Shown: positions 17,671-25,821 of the stretch, in pieces
Layout: each line of letters opens with the position of its first letter
Numbering within the stretch: the stretch's first letter is position 1
Virus record (IMG/VR): IMGVR_UViG_3300042453_003743
Span: 73,342 to 137,341 of that record
From: a virus
Length of the DNA: 64,000 nt
Strand: one strand, 5' to 3'
Notes under the pieces: model-generated
Told to the model about the DNA's origin: nothing
Seen by the model: only the letters and a program-made list of their open reading frames with translations
The model's database searches: none
Made by a program: the position numbers and the translations under genes

Positions 17671-19911
17671 ATGAACACTTCTCTCTCCATCTTCGCCCGC
17701 GCTCTCGCAACCGAAAACCTCTCGTTCTCGTTCGATGCCAACGCAGACACCGCATCGTTCGACACCAAGAGCCGTCACCTCGTCATGCCCGTGTGGGATG
17801 TCTCCGACACCCTTCAGACCATGCTTGTCGCCCATGAGATCAGCCACGCCCTGTGGACTCCCCATGAGCGCAGTCAGGAGTTGCTGACGCAGGCGGAGAA
17901 GGACGGCTACTGCATCAAACTCCTCCACCACATTGCGAATGTCATTGAGGATGTCCGCATTGAGAAGTTGATGAAGGCCAAGTACCCCGGCACCCGCAGA
18001 GACTTCTTCTTGGGCTACAAGGAGATCGTGGATGCCGACCTGTTCAAGTTCAAGTCGATGGACTTGAAGAACACCAACATCATCAACCGACTCAACCTCC
18101 ACTTCAAGTGGGGTGTCCCCGGCTTCCTGCCCATCGACCTCAACGCGGACGAGAACGAGATCGCCATGTTGGTCGATGCCGTTCAGACCTTCGATCAGGG
18201 GTTTGAGTTGGCAAAGCACCTCTACAAGCATCCTTCCATGAAGGATATGCGCGAGAAGTACGAGGCGCAGGCTGAAAAGCAGAAGAAGTCCTCCGGCACG
18301 GACGGGGATCAGGATGATGACGGCACGATGTCGCAGACTGATCTTTCGGACAGCAATCTTGGCATGGTCGATATGCCCTGTGAGTTCGGTCGCAAGAACG
18401 GCGAGAAGTTCCACGCCACGACCCTGACCATCAGCCCGGTGGTCAAGATCGAAAACAACATCATCACCACCGACGAGATGCTTGAGTCCTACGAGGACGC
18501 GATCATCGGAAACCCGTATGGGAATCCCACGCTTGACTTGACCAACTACCGCTCCTTCGTCAAGGAGTCCGATGCGTTCGTTCGCCAGTTGGTCGCGCAG
18601 TTTGAGCGTCGCAAGGCTGCGGACGAGATTCGCCGTGAGCGGCCCAAGCAGACCGGGATGCTGAACCTTGACCGCCTCCACCAGTTCCGCACCCACGATG
18701 ACATCTTCCTGTCCAAGATCATCAAGCAGGACGGCAAGAATCACGGCATCGTGTTCTTGATCGACTTCTCCGGGTCTATGACCACCGTGCTTGACCATTG
18801 CATCCTTCAGGTGTTCCAGTTGGTTTGGTTCTGCGAGAAGGCCAAGATTCCGTTTGAGGTGTTCGGCTTCACCAACATGAACCTGATCGGCAACCGTGGC
18901 AAGGAGGAGGATGAGCGGCACCGCAAGTTCTGCCGCCAACACTCCATTGAGGAGCGGTATGTTCCGCTGTACCCCACCGAAACGCAGAACCCTCGCCCGG
19001 ACAGCATTGTGTGCGGCAACACCCGGCTCATTTCGTTGGCTTCGTCGGCTGATTCGCCTGCCAAGCGTGAGCGTCTGCTTGCCTTTATCTACGAGTCCTC
19101 CGTGCAGCGTACTCGCAGTCAGGTGTTCTCGCTTGGTGGTACTCCGACCGTGGAGGCCATGATCCTCACCACTCAATACATGAAGAAGTGGGTGCAGGAC
19201 AACAATGTGCAGATTCCGACCCTGATGCTCGTCACCGATGGACAGCCCAACGGTGTCTCGTTGGACCCGACCTCGCCCATGTATTCGGATGTGCCGTATC
19301 AGATTCGGGAGAATATGTCCCTCATGGTCCGCAACGACATCCTTCAGACCATGACCCGCATCGACAACAAGGAACACGACGGCATGGGCTTGGGCAATGT
19401 GGTGGTGTCCGTGATGCTTGATGATCTTCGTCAGACGATGAACGCGAGGACTGTCGGTATGTATGTGGGTGGTCGCACCTTCAACGATTCGCTCTACCGT
19501 GGCTTCTGCCTTCTGCCGCAAGACCATGAGCAGATGGACAGGATCATTGAGCAGGCACGAAAGAATGGAGATTGGAGAGCGACGATAAGCCTCCGCGAAA
19601 GCCCCCGCTACGAGATGGCTCAACAGCAGTACATGAGTGAGGGGTGCATCATCCTCCCCACCGTGAGCAACCCCGGCTACGATGCCTTCTTCCTCATCAA
19701 GACTCCCAAGATCGTCAAGGACGAGGAGGCGATTGTGGAGAGCGGAACCTTCGTCAAGGTGAAGAACACCTTCGTCAAGACGATGGGCAAGAGAGCCGGG
19801 AGCCGTGTGTTCCTCTCCAAGTATGTTGACATCGTGGCGGGTCAGCCTGTGCCAAAGAACGGGGGCAAGTTGTACGACCTCCCCGCCCACAACGGACTTG
19901 AAAGAAAGTAA
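17671..19911 (+). CDS. CobT-like metallopeptidase-motif plus VWA protein (partner of the AAA ATPase), leaderless
   Basis: HEISH motif, 'NVIEDVRIEK', MIDAS 'IDFSGSM', 'LGGTP', 'VTDG'. Confidence 0.85.
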   Translation: MNTSLSIFARALATENLSFSFDANADTASFDTKSRHLVMPVWDVSDTLQTMLVAHEISHALWTPHERSQELLTQAEKDGYCIKLLHHIANVIEDVRIEKLMKAKYPGTRRDFFLGYKEIVDADLFKFKSMDLKNTNIINRLNLHFKWGVPGFLPIDLNADENEIAMLVDAVQTFDQGFELAKHLYKHPSMKDMREKYEAQAEKQKKSSGTDGDQDDDGTMSQTDLSDSNLGMVDMPCEFGRKNGEKFHATTLTISPVVKIENNIITTDEMLESYEDAIIGNPYGNPTLDLTNYRSFVKESDAFVRQLVAQFERRKAADEIRRERPKQTGMLNLDRLHQFRTHDDIFLSKIIKQDGKNHGIVFLIDFSGSMTTVLDHCILQVFQLVWFCEKAKIPFEVFGFTNMNLIGNRGKEEDERHRKFCRQHSIEERYVPLYPTETQNPRPDSIVCGNTRLISLASSADSPAKRERLLAFIYESSVQRTRSQVFSLGGTPTVEAMILTTQYMKKWVQDNNVQIPTLMLVTDGQPNGVSLDPTSPMYSDVPYQIRENMSLMVRNDILQTMTRIDNKEHDGMGLGNVVVSVMLDDLRQTMNARTVGMYVGGRTFNDSLYRGFCLLPQDHEQMDRIIEQARKNGDWRATISLRESPRYEMAQQQYMSEGCIILPTVSNPGYDAFFLIKTPKIVKDEEAIVESGTFVKVKNTFVKTMGKRAGSRVFLSKYVDIVAGQPVPKNGGKLYDLPAHNGLERK

Positions 19912-19926
19912 GTAATATTAGGTACG

Positions 19927-19968
19927 CCCCCACCAGGAAGGAGAGAGCCTGGTGGGGGTTTTCTTTTG
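19927..19968 (+). terminator. Intrinsic terminator closing the island
   Basis: CCCCCACCAGG...CCTGGTGGGGG-TTTTCTTTT. Confidence 0.85.
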
Positions 19969-20436
19969 TCAAGAACAAAAATTATTATTTCCAGAAAATA
20001 ATAATTTTGATAGTAGTACTGATAGTACTCGGATCGGATAGTAGTTATTTGGACGCACCAAGTATATTGTACCATGCCGGATTCCCGGTGTCAAGCCCCC
20101 CTGTTATCGTCTTATCGGACTCCCCTTGACAAACTTCCGACCCCGTGGTACAATCGTATTGGTGGACAAAATAATTGAATAGTTTATCAGACTTAGAACA
20201 CAGGCCGGTGCTCAGAGGGTTATCGGACTTGTATTCAATTGCTTGACAACCCCTATATCTGGTGTATAGTTACCAGACTGTTCATGCGACTGATAACCCC
20301 CCAGCCCCCTGTGAGTACTGATCGTTATGGGGCGGGGGGTTATCGGGCGTTATTCTACCTGATTATTACCGGTCTGTCCCTCCTGGTTATATACTGGGCG
20401 GTTATCGGACTTGGAAAAATTATTCAGAATAATAAC

Positions 20437-20680
20437 GGACAGGATTCAGAGGGACAGGATCCAGGAAAGACGGCTCACTACTATCAGGGCGGGGTCCTCC
20501 AGATGCTCAGATACGCCAGGTCCCTCCCCACAGATTAAAAATAATAATTTCCGGACAGGATTGAAACGGACATCCAGGAAACACCTGGACAGGATTCAAA
20601 TTGTCGGACAGGATTGAGAAATTGTTAAAATTTCTCAAAATTTGTCAAATTTCTTTGAAAATTTGTAATTATTTGCTTGA
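20437..20680 (+). repeat. Five direct GGACAGGAT repeats followed by an AT-rich tract (origin-like)
   Basis: Copies at 20437, 20452, 20553, 20587 and 20606; AT-rich 20615-20680. Confidence 0.7.
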
Positions 20681-20865
20681 CAGCCTATAATGCCCTATAA
20701 GGCGTCGGTTTAAAAGAGGGCTCGGAGGGGTCTTTAAGGACTTGGAGGGGCTTGGAGGGCATTGTAAGACGATTAAAGGGGTGTTAGAGGGTGGGTCTGT
20801 AACTCCAAATTTCTCAAATATTCTTCAATATTCTTTACCCCACTCACTCCCACTCTCCCCCACCT

Positions 20866-21303
20866 TTACCCCTCATTGACAGGCTCAATATTCTCCATAT
20901 CAGCCTTATCAATAACATAGGCTGGTATGGTTTTCTTTCCTTCTATTGAGTGTGCTTTCTTTATTCTATTCAACCCGTCTGTAATCGAAATAGTACCGTC
21001 TTCCTGCCTTATGCCCAATACGGGTACGCTGGTATCAGCCTTTTCCATTCTTTTCTTGTGTTGAGGATTATCCATGTCATATTGCTTGTCCCACCATTCC
21101 AAAGCGTCTGTTTCTTTGATGGGCAAATCTTTTACGAAAAATTCTTTCTTTGATTTGGCGAAATCGTAGATGTCCTTGACTCGGTACTTCTTCCCAGTCT
21201 CGTCATTGGTGGCGATTTGTTGATCCCAATTTTCTACCTGTCCCTTCTTGGGCGTGTCGAGGTAGGGGTCATAATTTTCTAAAAATTGTTTGAAATTTTT
21301 CAT
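20866..21303 (-). CDS. ParB/Srx-like domain protein with CTS-like leader (MKNFKQFLE)
   Basis: 'ADTSVPVL...ITDGLNRIKKA...TIPAYVI'. Confidence 0.65.
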   Translation of the reverse strand: MKNFKQFLENYDPYLDTPKKGQVENWDQQIATNDETGKKYRVKDIYDFAKSKKEFFVKDLPIKETDALEWWDKQYDMDNPQHKKRMEKADTSVPVLGIRQEDGTISITDGLNRIKKAHSIEGKKTIPAYVIDKADMENIEPVNEG

Positions 21304-21845
21304 TCTTTGGTTCCGTGTATGATTCCATGTTCGATTCTGGCATTTGGGAAAACTTTTCTGACTTCTGGTAGATGGGCTGCGGTAGTCATGTTGTTCTGCC
21401 ATGAATCTTTCTTTGTTTGCTTGCCCTGACCTGTTCTATCCCCTTCGTAAATGGAAATAAAGATTCTTCCACCGGGCTTGAGGGTTGAGTGTGCGGTTTT
21501 CAGGGCTTCGTGTCTGTATTCGGGTTCCTTGATGACATTCAGCACATTGAACAGAGATGCGCTGTCTGCCCCTTCCTTACCCACTTCCTGCATGACCTTC
21601 GTATTGTGTTCTTCCGGGCGGTTGAAGGGATCAAAGACATGAGCCTTGACTCCCAATTTTTCTAAAAATTCCACGGCGTTGTCAAACTTTCCGCCTCCGA
21701 TGTCAATGTGCGTAGTGTCGGGCTTCCATCCCATTTTTCTGTGTATGGTGGTGTAGGCTTCGGGGAGTTTGGTCTTGTTGATGCTGGTTGCGGCAGAGGT
21801 GAACTCTTGGGCATCCTCAACAAGGAAATTTTTGAAACTTTTCAT
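21300..21845 (-). CDS. SAM-dependent methyltransferase with CTS-like leader (MKSFKNFLVE)
   Basis: 'IDIGGGKFD', 'FDPFNR', 'NVLNVI'; CATAAATA upstream. Confidence 0.8.
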   Translation of the reverse strand: MKSFKNFLVEDAQEFTSAATSINKTKLPEAYTTIHRKMGWKPDTTHIDIGGGKFDNAVEFLEKLGVKAHVFDPFNRPEEHNTKVMQEVGKEGADSASLFNVLNVIKEPEYRHEALKTAHSTLKPGGRIFISIYEGDRTGQGKQTKKDSWQNNMTTAAHLPEVRKVFPNARIEHGIIHGTKE

Positions 21846-21902
21846 CAATCTATTTATGAGTCGAATGCTTGACACTCTTGGGTAATGGGGTATAGTTAAC
21901 CC

Positions 21903-22175
21903 ATGCGAAACGAAAAGACTACCGCTGGGAACAAGGCCGCACAGGAGTTTCTGAAGGATCAGAGCATCGCTGACCTCAAGGCCGAGATCATTCGTCTGAA
22001 TGACAAGATTCATGCCATGCGCTCCGTTTTGTGGGAGTGGAATGTCTCGTCCGGGCCTGTGTGGGAATATTGGAAGTTGGCAAAGGTTGGAGAAACCGCC
22101 GAGGACTATTCCCATTGGACCGAGGACTATTTTGATTCTGACGACGACATCCCCCTTCCCCCCGAACAGGAGTAA
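21903..22175 (+). CDS. Hypothetical protein, leaderless
   Basis: TTGACA(21869)..TATAGT-N6-ATG. Confidence 0.7.
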   Translation: MRNEKTTAGNKAAQEFLKDQSIADLKAEIIRLNDKIHAMRSVLWEWNVSSGPVWEYWKLAKVGETAEDYSHWTEDYFDSDDDIPLPPEQE

Positions 22176-22177
22176 AC

Positions 22178-22363
22178 ATGACTACCAAAATGAAAAAGAA
22201 AAAGACTACACCCGTAAAGACTCTTAAACTTTTCCCCGAGGCTGGTGTGTTGGGTCTGCTGACCGACGTTGCCATCACCTCCATGATGCTTGGCGTTGCG
22301 TTCATGATGCTTCTGCTTTGCTTGCAGATGGCCGAGAAAGTAACCATCACCTTTGGAAAGTAA
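22178..22363 (+). CDS. Small membrane protein
   Basis: AGGAG SD; hydrophobic segment. Confidence 0.6.
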   Translation: MTTKMKKKKTTPVKTLKLFPEAGVLGLLTDVAITSMMLGVAFMMLLLCLQMAEKVTITFGK

Positions 22364-22368
22364 ATCAC

Positions 22369-22782
22369 ATGAACAAGACAATCGCTACCAAATGGGTCAA
22401 GGCTCTTCGTTCAGGAAAGTATAAACAAGGTGACAATTATCTTTGTCAGATCAGCAGCAAGGGCATAAAGCACTGCTGCTTGGGTGTGCTGACGGAGATT
22501 TATCAGACCGAGCAGATAGCAAAGAAGAAAAAGACTCTTCCGGCAAAAATTGTCAAGATGTATAAGAATGCCCCATTCGATGTCGTAAAGTATGGCAATG
22601 GCAAGAGTTCTGCCGAGGAACTTCCCCTCGCTGTTCAGCGTTGGGCTGACATGGATGGCAGACTTGGAGAGTTTGATGATGAAGGTGCTGGCGACTTTGG
22701 AAGCCTGTCACACATGAATGATGCTGGCTACTCGTTCAAGAAAATTGCCAACTTCATCGAAAAGAACTACGAGAATCTTTAA
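22369..22782 (+). CDS. Conserved phage hypothetical protein
   Basis: 'KWVKALRSGKYKQG...CCLGVL...MND.G.SF..IA.FIE'. Confidence 0.75.
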   Translation: MNKTIATKWVKALRSGKYKQGDNYLCQISSKGIKHCCLGVLTEIYQTEQIAKKKKTLPAKIVKMYKNAPFDVVKYGNGKSSAEELPLAVQRWADMDGRLGEFDDEGAGDFGSLSHMNDAGYSFKKIANFIEKNYENL

Positions 22783-22784
22783 AC

Positions 22785-22961
22785 ATGGCTACCAAGACTA
22801 AAAAGACTCCTACCTCGCTCACCGACCGTTTGGACAACATGATCGAAAAAATTTCTGATCTTGCGATTGAAGTGAGTGATGGTGAACTCAGCCCCAATGA
22901 GGTCTATGACCAGTTGGACAATATTTGCAGCGATCTTAAGAAGATGAGGGATTTTCTATAA
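22785..22961 (+). CDS. Small hypothetical protein (MATKTKKT...)
   Basis: Read manually; fits the operon. Confidence 0.55.
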   Translation: MATKTKKTPTSLTDRLDNMIEKISDLAIEVSDGELSPNEVYDQLDNICSDLKKMRDFL

Positions 22962-22967
22962 AATATC

Positions 22968-23165
22968 ATGCCCGACTACCAGCCCATAGATTACCGCCTA
23001 CGCTGCCATACCAAGCGCACCGATCTCCCTGTGGATGTTCTGCGCGACATTGGTGAGGCGTATGCGGAGATTGAGCGGTTGCGGAATGAACTTGAAGATG
23101 CCAAGATTCAGATCGCAAACATGGAAGATGATTATTATAGAATCAGGGATCACAATGAGCGATAA
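22968..23165 (+). CDS. Hypothetical coiled-coil protein
   Basis: 'EAYAEIERLR' phage motif. Confidence 0.6.
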   Translation: MPDYQPIDYRLRCHTKRTDLPVDVLRDIGEAYAEIERLRNELEDAKIQIANMEDDYYRIRDHNER

Positions 23166-23514
23166 GATGACCAAAGAGCGTTGGCTTGAACTCATGCAGC
23201 CCTATGCAGAGAACGATGGCATCAACCTGACTCCCGAAGAGATTGAGGCTGGATGGCATTGGTGTGAGGAATGGGACGGCCTGCTCATCCATGTCGATGA
23301 CGATGAGTTTGATTGCTGCACTTGTTCTTGGATGGACAAGTTCCGCACCCCCGAGCGCATGAAGATGATTAAAGAGCGCATGGAGCAACGGTACAAGTCT
23401 CAAGAGGCTATGGACAGGATTGCAGAGTTGGACGAGAAGATGGGATTGAATCCGGGACAAGATGCCTTGGACTACTTTTCCAACATCAAAGACGAACCTG
23501 AAAACAGTGGCTAA
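23155..23514 (+). CDS. Hypothetical protein
   Basis: Operon-packed ORF. Confidence 0.6.
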   Translation: MSDKMTKERWLELMQPYAENDGINLTPEEIEAGWHWCEEWDGLLIHVDDDEFDCCTCSWMDKFRTPERMKMIKERMEQRYKSQEAMDRIAELDEKMGLNPGQDALDYFSNIKDEPENSG

Positions 23515-23625
23515 GTAGTATTGTGGACAAACAGATTCCAGTATTTTGGTTTGCATTCTTCACCTTCTTGCCTTTGATGACGTTAGCCGTTGGTGATATT
23601 CTAATTCACATTATGGAAAAGTGGA

Positions 23626-23862
23626 ATGGAAGATATAGATTCGTTAAAAAAGATAATTGAAGAGCAGCACAAGCAACTCACAAGATTGCAGGAAAGAAAC
23701 ACAGAACTTTCTGTTGCTTTGAGCAATTCTCTGAAGGACGTTGTGTTCTACCAAAATTATGCGGGAGCAGAGGTCTATAGAATGGACTTCAAGAACGCTG
23801 CTGCCATGAGGCAGGAAATGTATCGTTGGATGGATATCGCTCAGGGAAAAACAAATAAATAA
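23626..23862 (+). CDS. Hypothetical coiled-coil protein
   Basis: Operon-packed ORF. Confidence 0.55.
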   Translation: MEDIDSLKKIIEEQHKQLTRLQERNTELSVALSNSLKDVVFYQNYAGAEVYRMDFKNAAAMRQEMYRWMDIAQGKTNK

Positions 23863-23866
23863 AGGA

Positions 23867-23940
23867 CGGGCATTAACTCAGCTTGGTAGAGTGCTTGCTT
23901 TGGGAGCAAGATGTCGTTGGTTCAAATCCAGCATGCCCGA
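23867..23940 (+). tRNA. tRNA-Pro(TGG)
   Basis: Cloverleaf, loop TTTGGGA. Confidence 0.95.
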
Positions 23941-23945
23941 TTAAA

Positions 23946-24269
23946 ATGAAAAAGAGAAACAGAGATTATTCTGCGGAATATAAGCGAAGACACAACGAAA
24001 ATAAGTTGTGGTATATTCCTTTTATGAAAGATAAAAAGTGCTCTGTGTGTGGAATAAATGATCCCAGAGTTCTCGACTGGCATCATCGTGATCACAATGA
24101 AAAAGAATACGGAATTGCAGACATGCTTTCCCGCTATTCAAAAGCGGCAATTATGGCAGAAATTTCAAAATGTGTTTGTGTTTGCAAAAATTGTCATGCG
24201 ATTATCCACCACGAAGAAAAGGGAAAAATTAGAAAAGTCAAAAAAAATCTTGTGAAACTTGATATCTAA
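23946..24269 (+). CDS. Small HNH endonuclease
   Basis: 'CSVCG...LDWHHRD...KCVCVCKNCH'. Confidence 0.8.
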   Translation: MKKRNRDYSAEYKRRHNENKLWYIPFMKDKKCSVCGINDPRVLDWHHRDHNEKEYGIADMLSRYSKAAIMAEISKCVCVCKNCHAIIHHEEKGKIRKVKKNLVKLDI

Positions 24270-24542
24270 TTATATTGGCTTTTCCTGTTGTCAAGACTTT
24301 AATTTATTGACAAAAGCCCAAGTTGATGTATTATTGTCTACAAACAAAAAGTAACAAAAACTATGAAAACTATACTCAACAAACTCTTGTTTCCGTTTAT
24401 CATCTTTCTGTTCGTCAACATGATTGGTTTTGTTTATGCTAAGAACTACGAAGGCGCAGTTGCGGGCAGTCTGATTGGAATGCTCGTTTCCATTCTTGTT
24501 CTTGAGATCCGAGCAAAGATTGAATAATTGATAGTAGTATGC

Positions 24543-24616
24543 GGCCCTTTCGTCTAGTTGGTCAAGGACACGGCCCTTTCAAGGCCATAACATGGGTTCG
24601 AATCCCGTAAGGGTCA
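24543..24616 (+). tRNA. tRNA-Glu(TTC)
   Basis: Cloverleaf, loop CTTTCAA. Confidence 0.9.
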
Positions 24617-24618
24617 TT

Positions 24619-24831
24619 ATGACACTTCCTCACGAATCAGCTAATAGCATCAACCAAGCCCGCGACTTTCTCTTTGAACTTATGGATACCAAGAAGACTC
24701 CAGACGTTCCTAAAGCCATCAGGGAGCGGGCAAGAGCCATTCTAAAGCACTATCCCATGCAGTGTGATGTAAAGACCATGCATGATCCGGATTGTGGTGT
24801 TTATGGGTGGGGCAAAGGAAAAGACGAATGA
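24619..24831 (+). CDS. Conserved small protein (MTLPHE...LKHYP motif)
   Basis: Recognisable phage motif. Confidence 0.65.
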   Translation: MTLPHESANSINQARDFLFELMDTKKTPDVPKAIRERARAILKHYPMQCDVKTMHDPDCGVYGWGKGKDE

Positions 24832-25274
24832 ATTCCGGTGAAACCAAAGATTATTTTGATCCACTCGATAAACTCATTCAAGAGTTTCCTGCGGTGTTTC
24901 AGAATGTAAACAATTCATCGGAGTATTCTCTTCCAAGTGGGTGGTATAATATTCTTTATAATCTTTGCGAGGAACTAACTCCAATCTTGGTCAATGAGCG
25001 TTCAAAAATAACAGAAGATCCAGAACAACCTCTGTTTTCGGTTCTTCAGATCAAGGAAAAGTTCGGTGGTCTTCGGTTCTATTTTATGATGAATACGGAG
25101 AATAAAGAACTTTATGATTTTGTTCAGACATTGGTTGACATTGCAGAAGACAAGTCATATGATACCTGTCAGATCACCGGCAAGGTTGGAAAACTTTGCA
25201 AAAAGGGAAGTCACTACATGACTCTTTCTGAAGAAGCAAGAATAGCACAGGGGTTTAAAATTGTCGGTGGATAA
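24828..25274 (+). CDS. Conserved phage protein (QIKEKFGGLRFY motif)
   Basis: 'GW..I', 'QIKEKFGGLRFY', 'AE..S..TC...G'. Confidence 0.75.
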   Translation: MNSGETKDYFDPLDKLIQEFPAVFQNVNNSSEYSLPSGWYNILYNLCEELTPILVNERSKITEDPEQPLFSVLQIKEKFGGLRFYFMMNTENKELYDFVQTLVDIAEDKSYDTCQITGKVGKLCKKGSHYMTLSEEARIAQGFKIVGG

Positions 25275-25821
25275 AAGAAATCTTATTGATCACTATAAAT
25301 ATTGGAACGATGACGCTATTCGCGCTGATCTTGATGTTAAGCGGCACAACTTTTCTGTTGTCTGTTGCAACATTGGCAACGATTTTAATATTGCTACCGT
25401 CATACGAAATGCTAACGCATTTCTTGCGGAGAAGGTCGTAATCTATGGAAACAAGAAATACGACCGCAGGGGAACAGTTGGTACGCATCATTACACCAAC
25501 TTTCGTCATGTCAAAGGCATTGACTGTCTCGGCTCCTACATTGAAGAAACTTTTTCCAAGCATGAAGGTAAAGTTAAACTATTGGGAGTTGACAATGTTT
25601 CTGAAGCAAAAGATGTGAATGAATATAAGTTCGATCCCGACACTCATTATGTCATGATCTTTGGACAGGAACAAATCGGGGTTCCTGAAAATGTTCTAAG
25701 TATGTGTGATGATATTCTTTATATTCCCCAGTATGGATCTGTTCGCAGCATTAATGTCGGGACAGCATCTGGAATCATAATGAATAATTATTGTTCTGCA
25801 GTTCATTCCTTCGTAGTGTAA
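25261..25821 (+). CDS. SpoU/TrmH-family RNA 2'-O-methyltransferase
   Basis: 'N.ATVIRNA.AF', 'IFGQEQIG', 'IPQYGSVRSINVGTAS'. Confidence 0.85.
   Translation: MSVDKRNLIDHYKYWNDDAIRADLDVKRHNFSVVCCNIGNDFNIATVIRNANAFLAEKVVIYGNKKYDRRGTVGTHHYTNFRHVKGIDCLGSYIEETFSKHEGKVKLLGVDNVSEAKDVNEYKFDPDTHYVMIFGQEQIGVPENVLSMCDDILYIPQYGSVRSINVGTASGIIMNNYCSAVHSFVV

Larger units (their letters stand above)
7955..20163. promoter_or_regulatory. Dispersed family of ~12 gene-less sigma70 promoters: TTGACA-N17/18-(TGn)TAnAAT-(C/A)TACTTGGT
   Basis: Copies at 7955-7992(-), 8007-8044(+), 9072-9110(+), 9507-9544(-), 9952-9989(+), 11182-11219(+), 11257-11294(-), 12577-12614(+), 13150-13187(+), 15965-16002(+), 20057-20094(-), 20126-20163(+). 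Confidence 0.85.

Noticed and set aside
17557-19890. 777-aa antisense ORF (also 16359..17357 and many other overlapping ORFs in the island)
   Set aside because: Shadow frames produced by the strong C/G third-position bias of the real + strand genes; no motifs or promoters.
16083-19911. Cobalamin biosynthesis (cobS/cobT) linked to nrdJ
   Set aside because: Phage CobS-like/VWA pairs are MoxR-type chaperone modules, and no cobN or other cob genes are present.
7955-20163. Possible CRISPR or mini-array formed by the recurring TACTTGGT units
   Set aside because: The units are dispersed, in both orientations and irregularly spaced, and conserved only at promoter elements; no repeat-spacer periodicity or cas genes.
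20239-20617. ORFs 20239..20538 and 20411..20617
   Set aside because: They run through the repeat and box cluster with atypical composition; treated as non-coding, although a short peptide from the 20244 promoter is not excluded.
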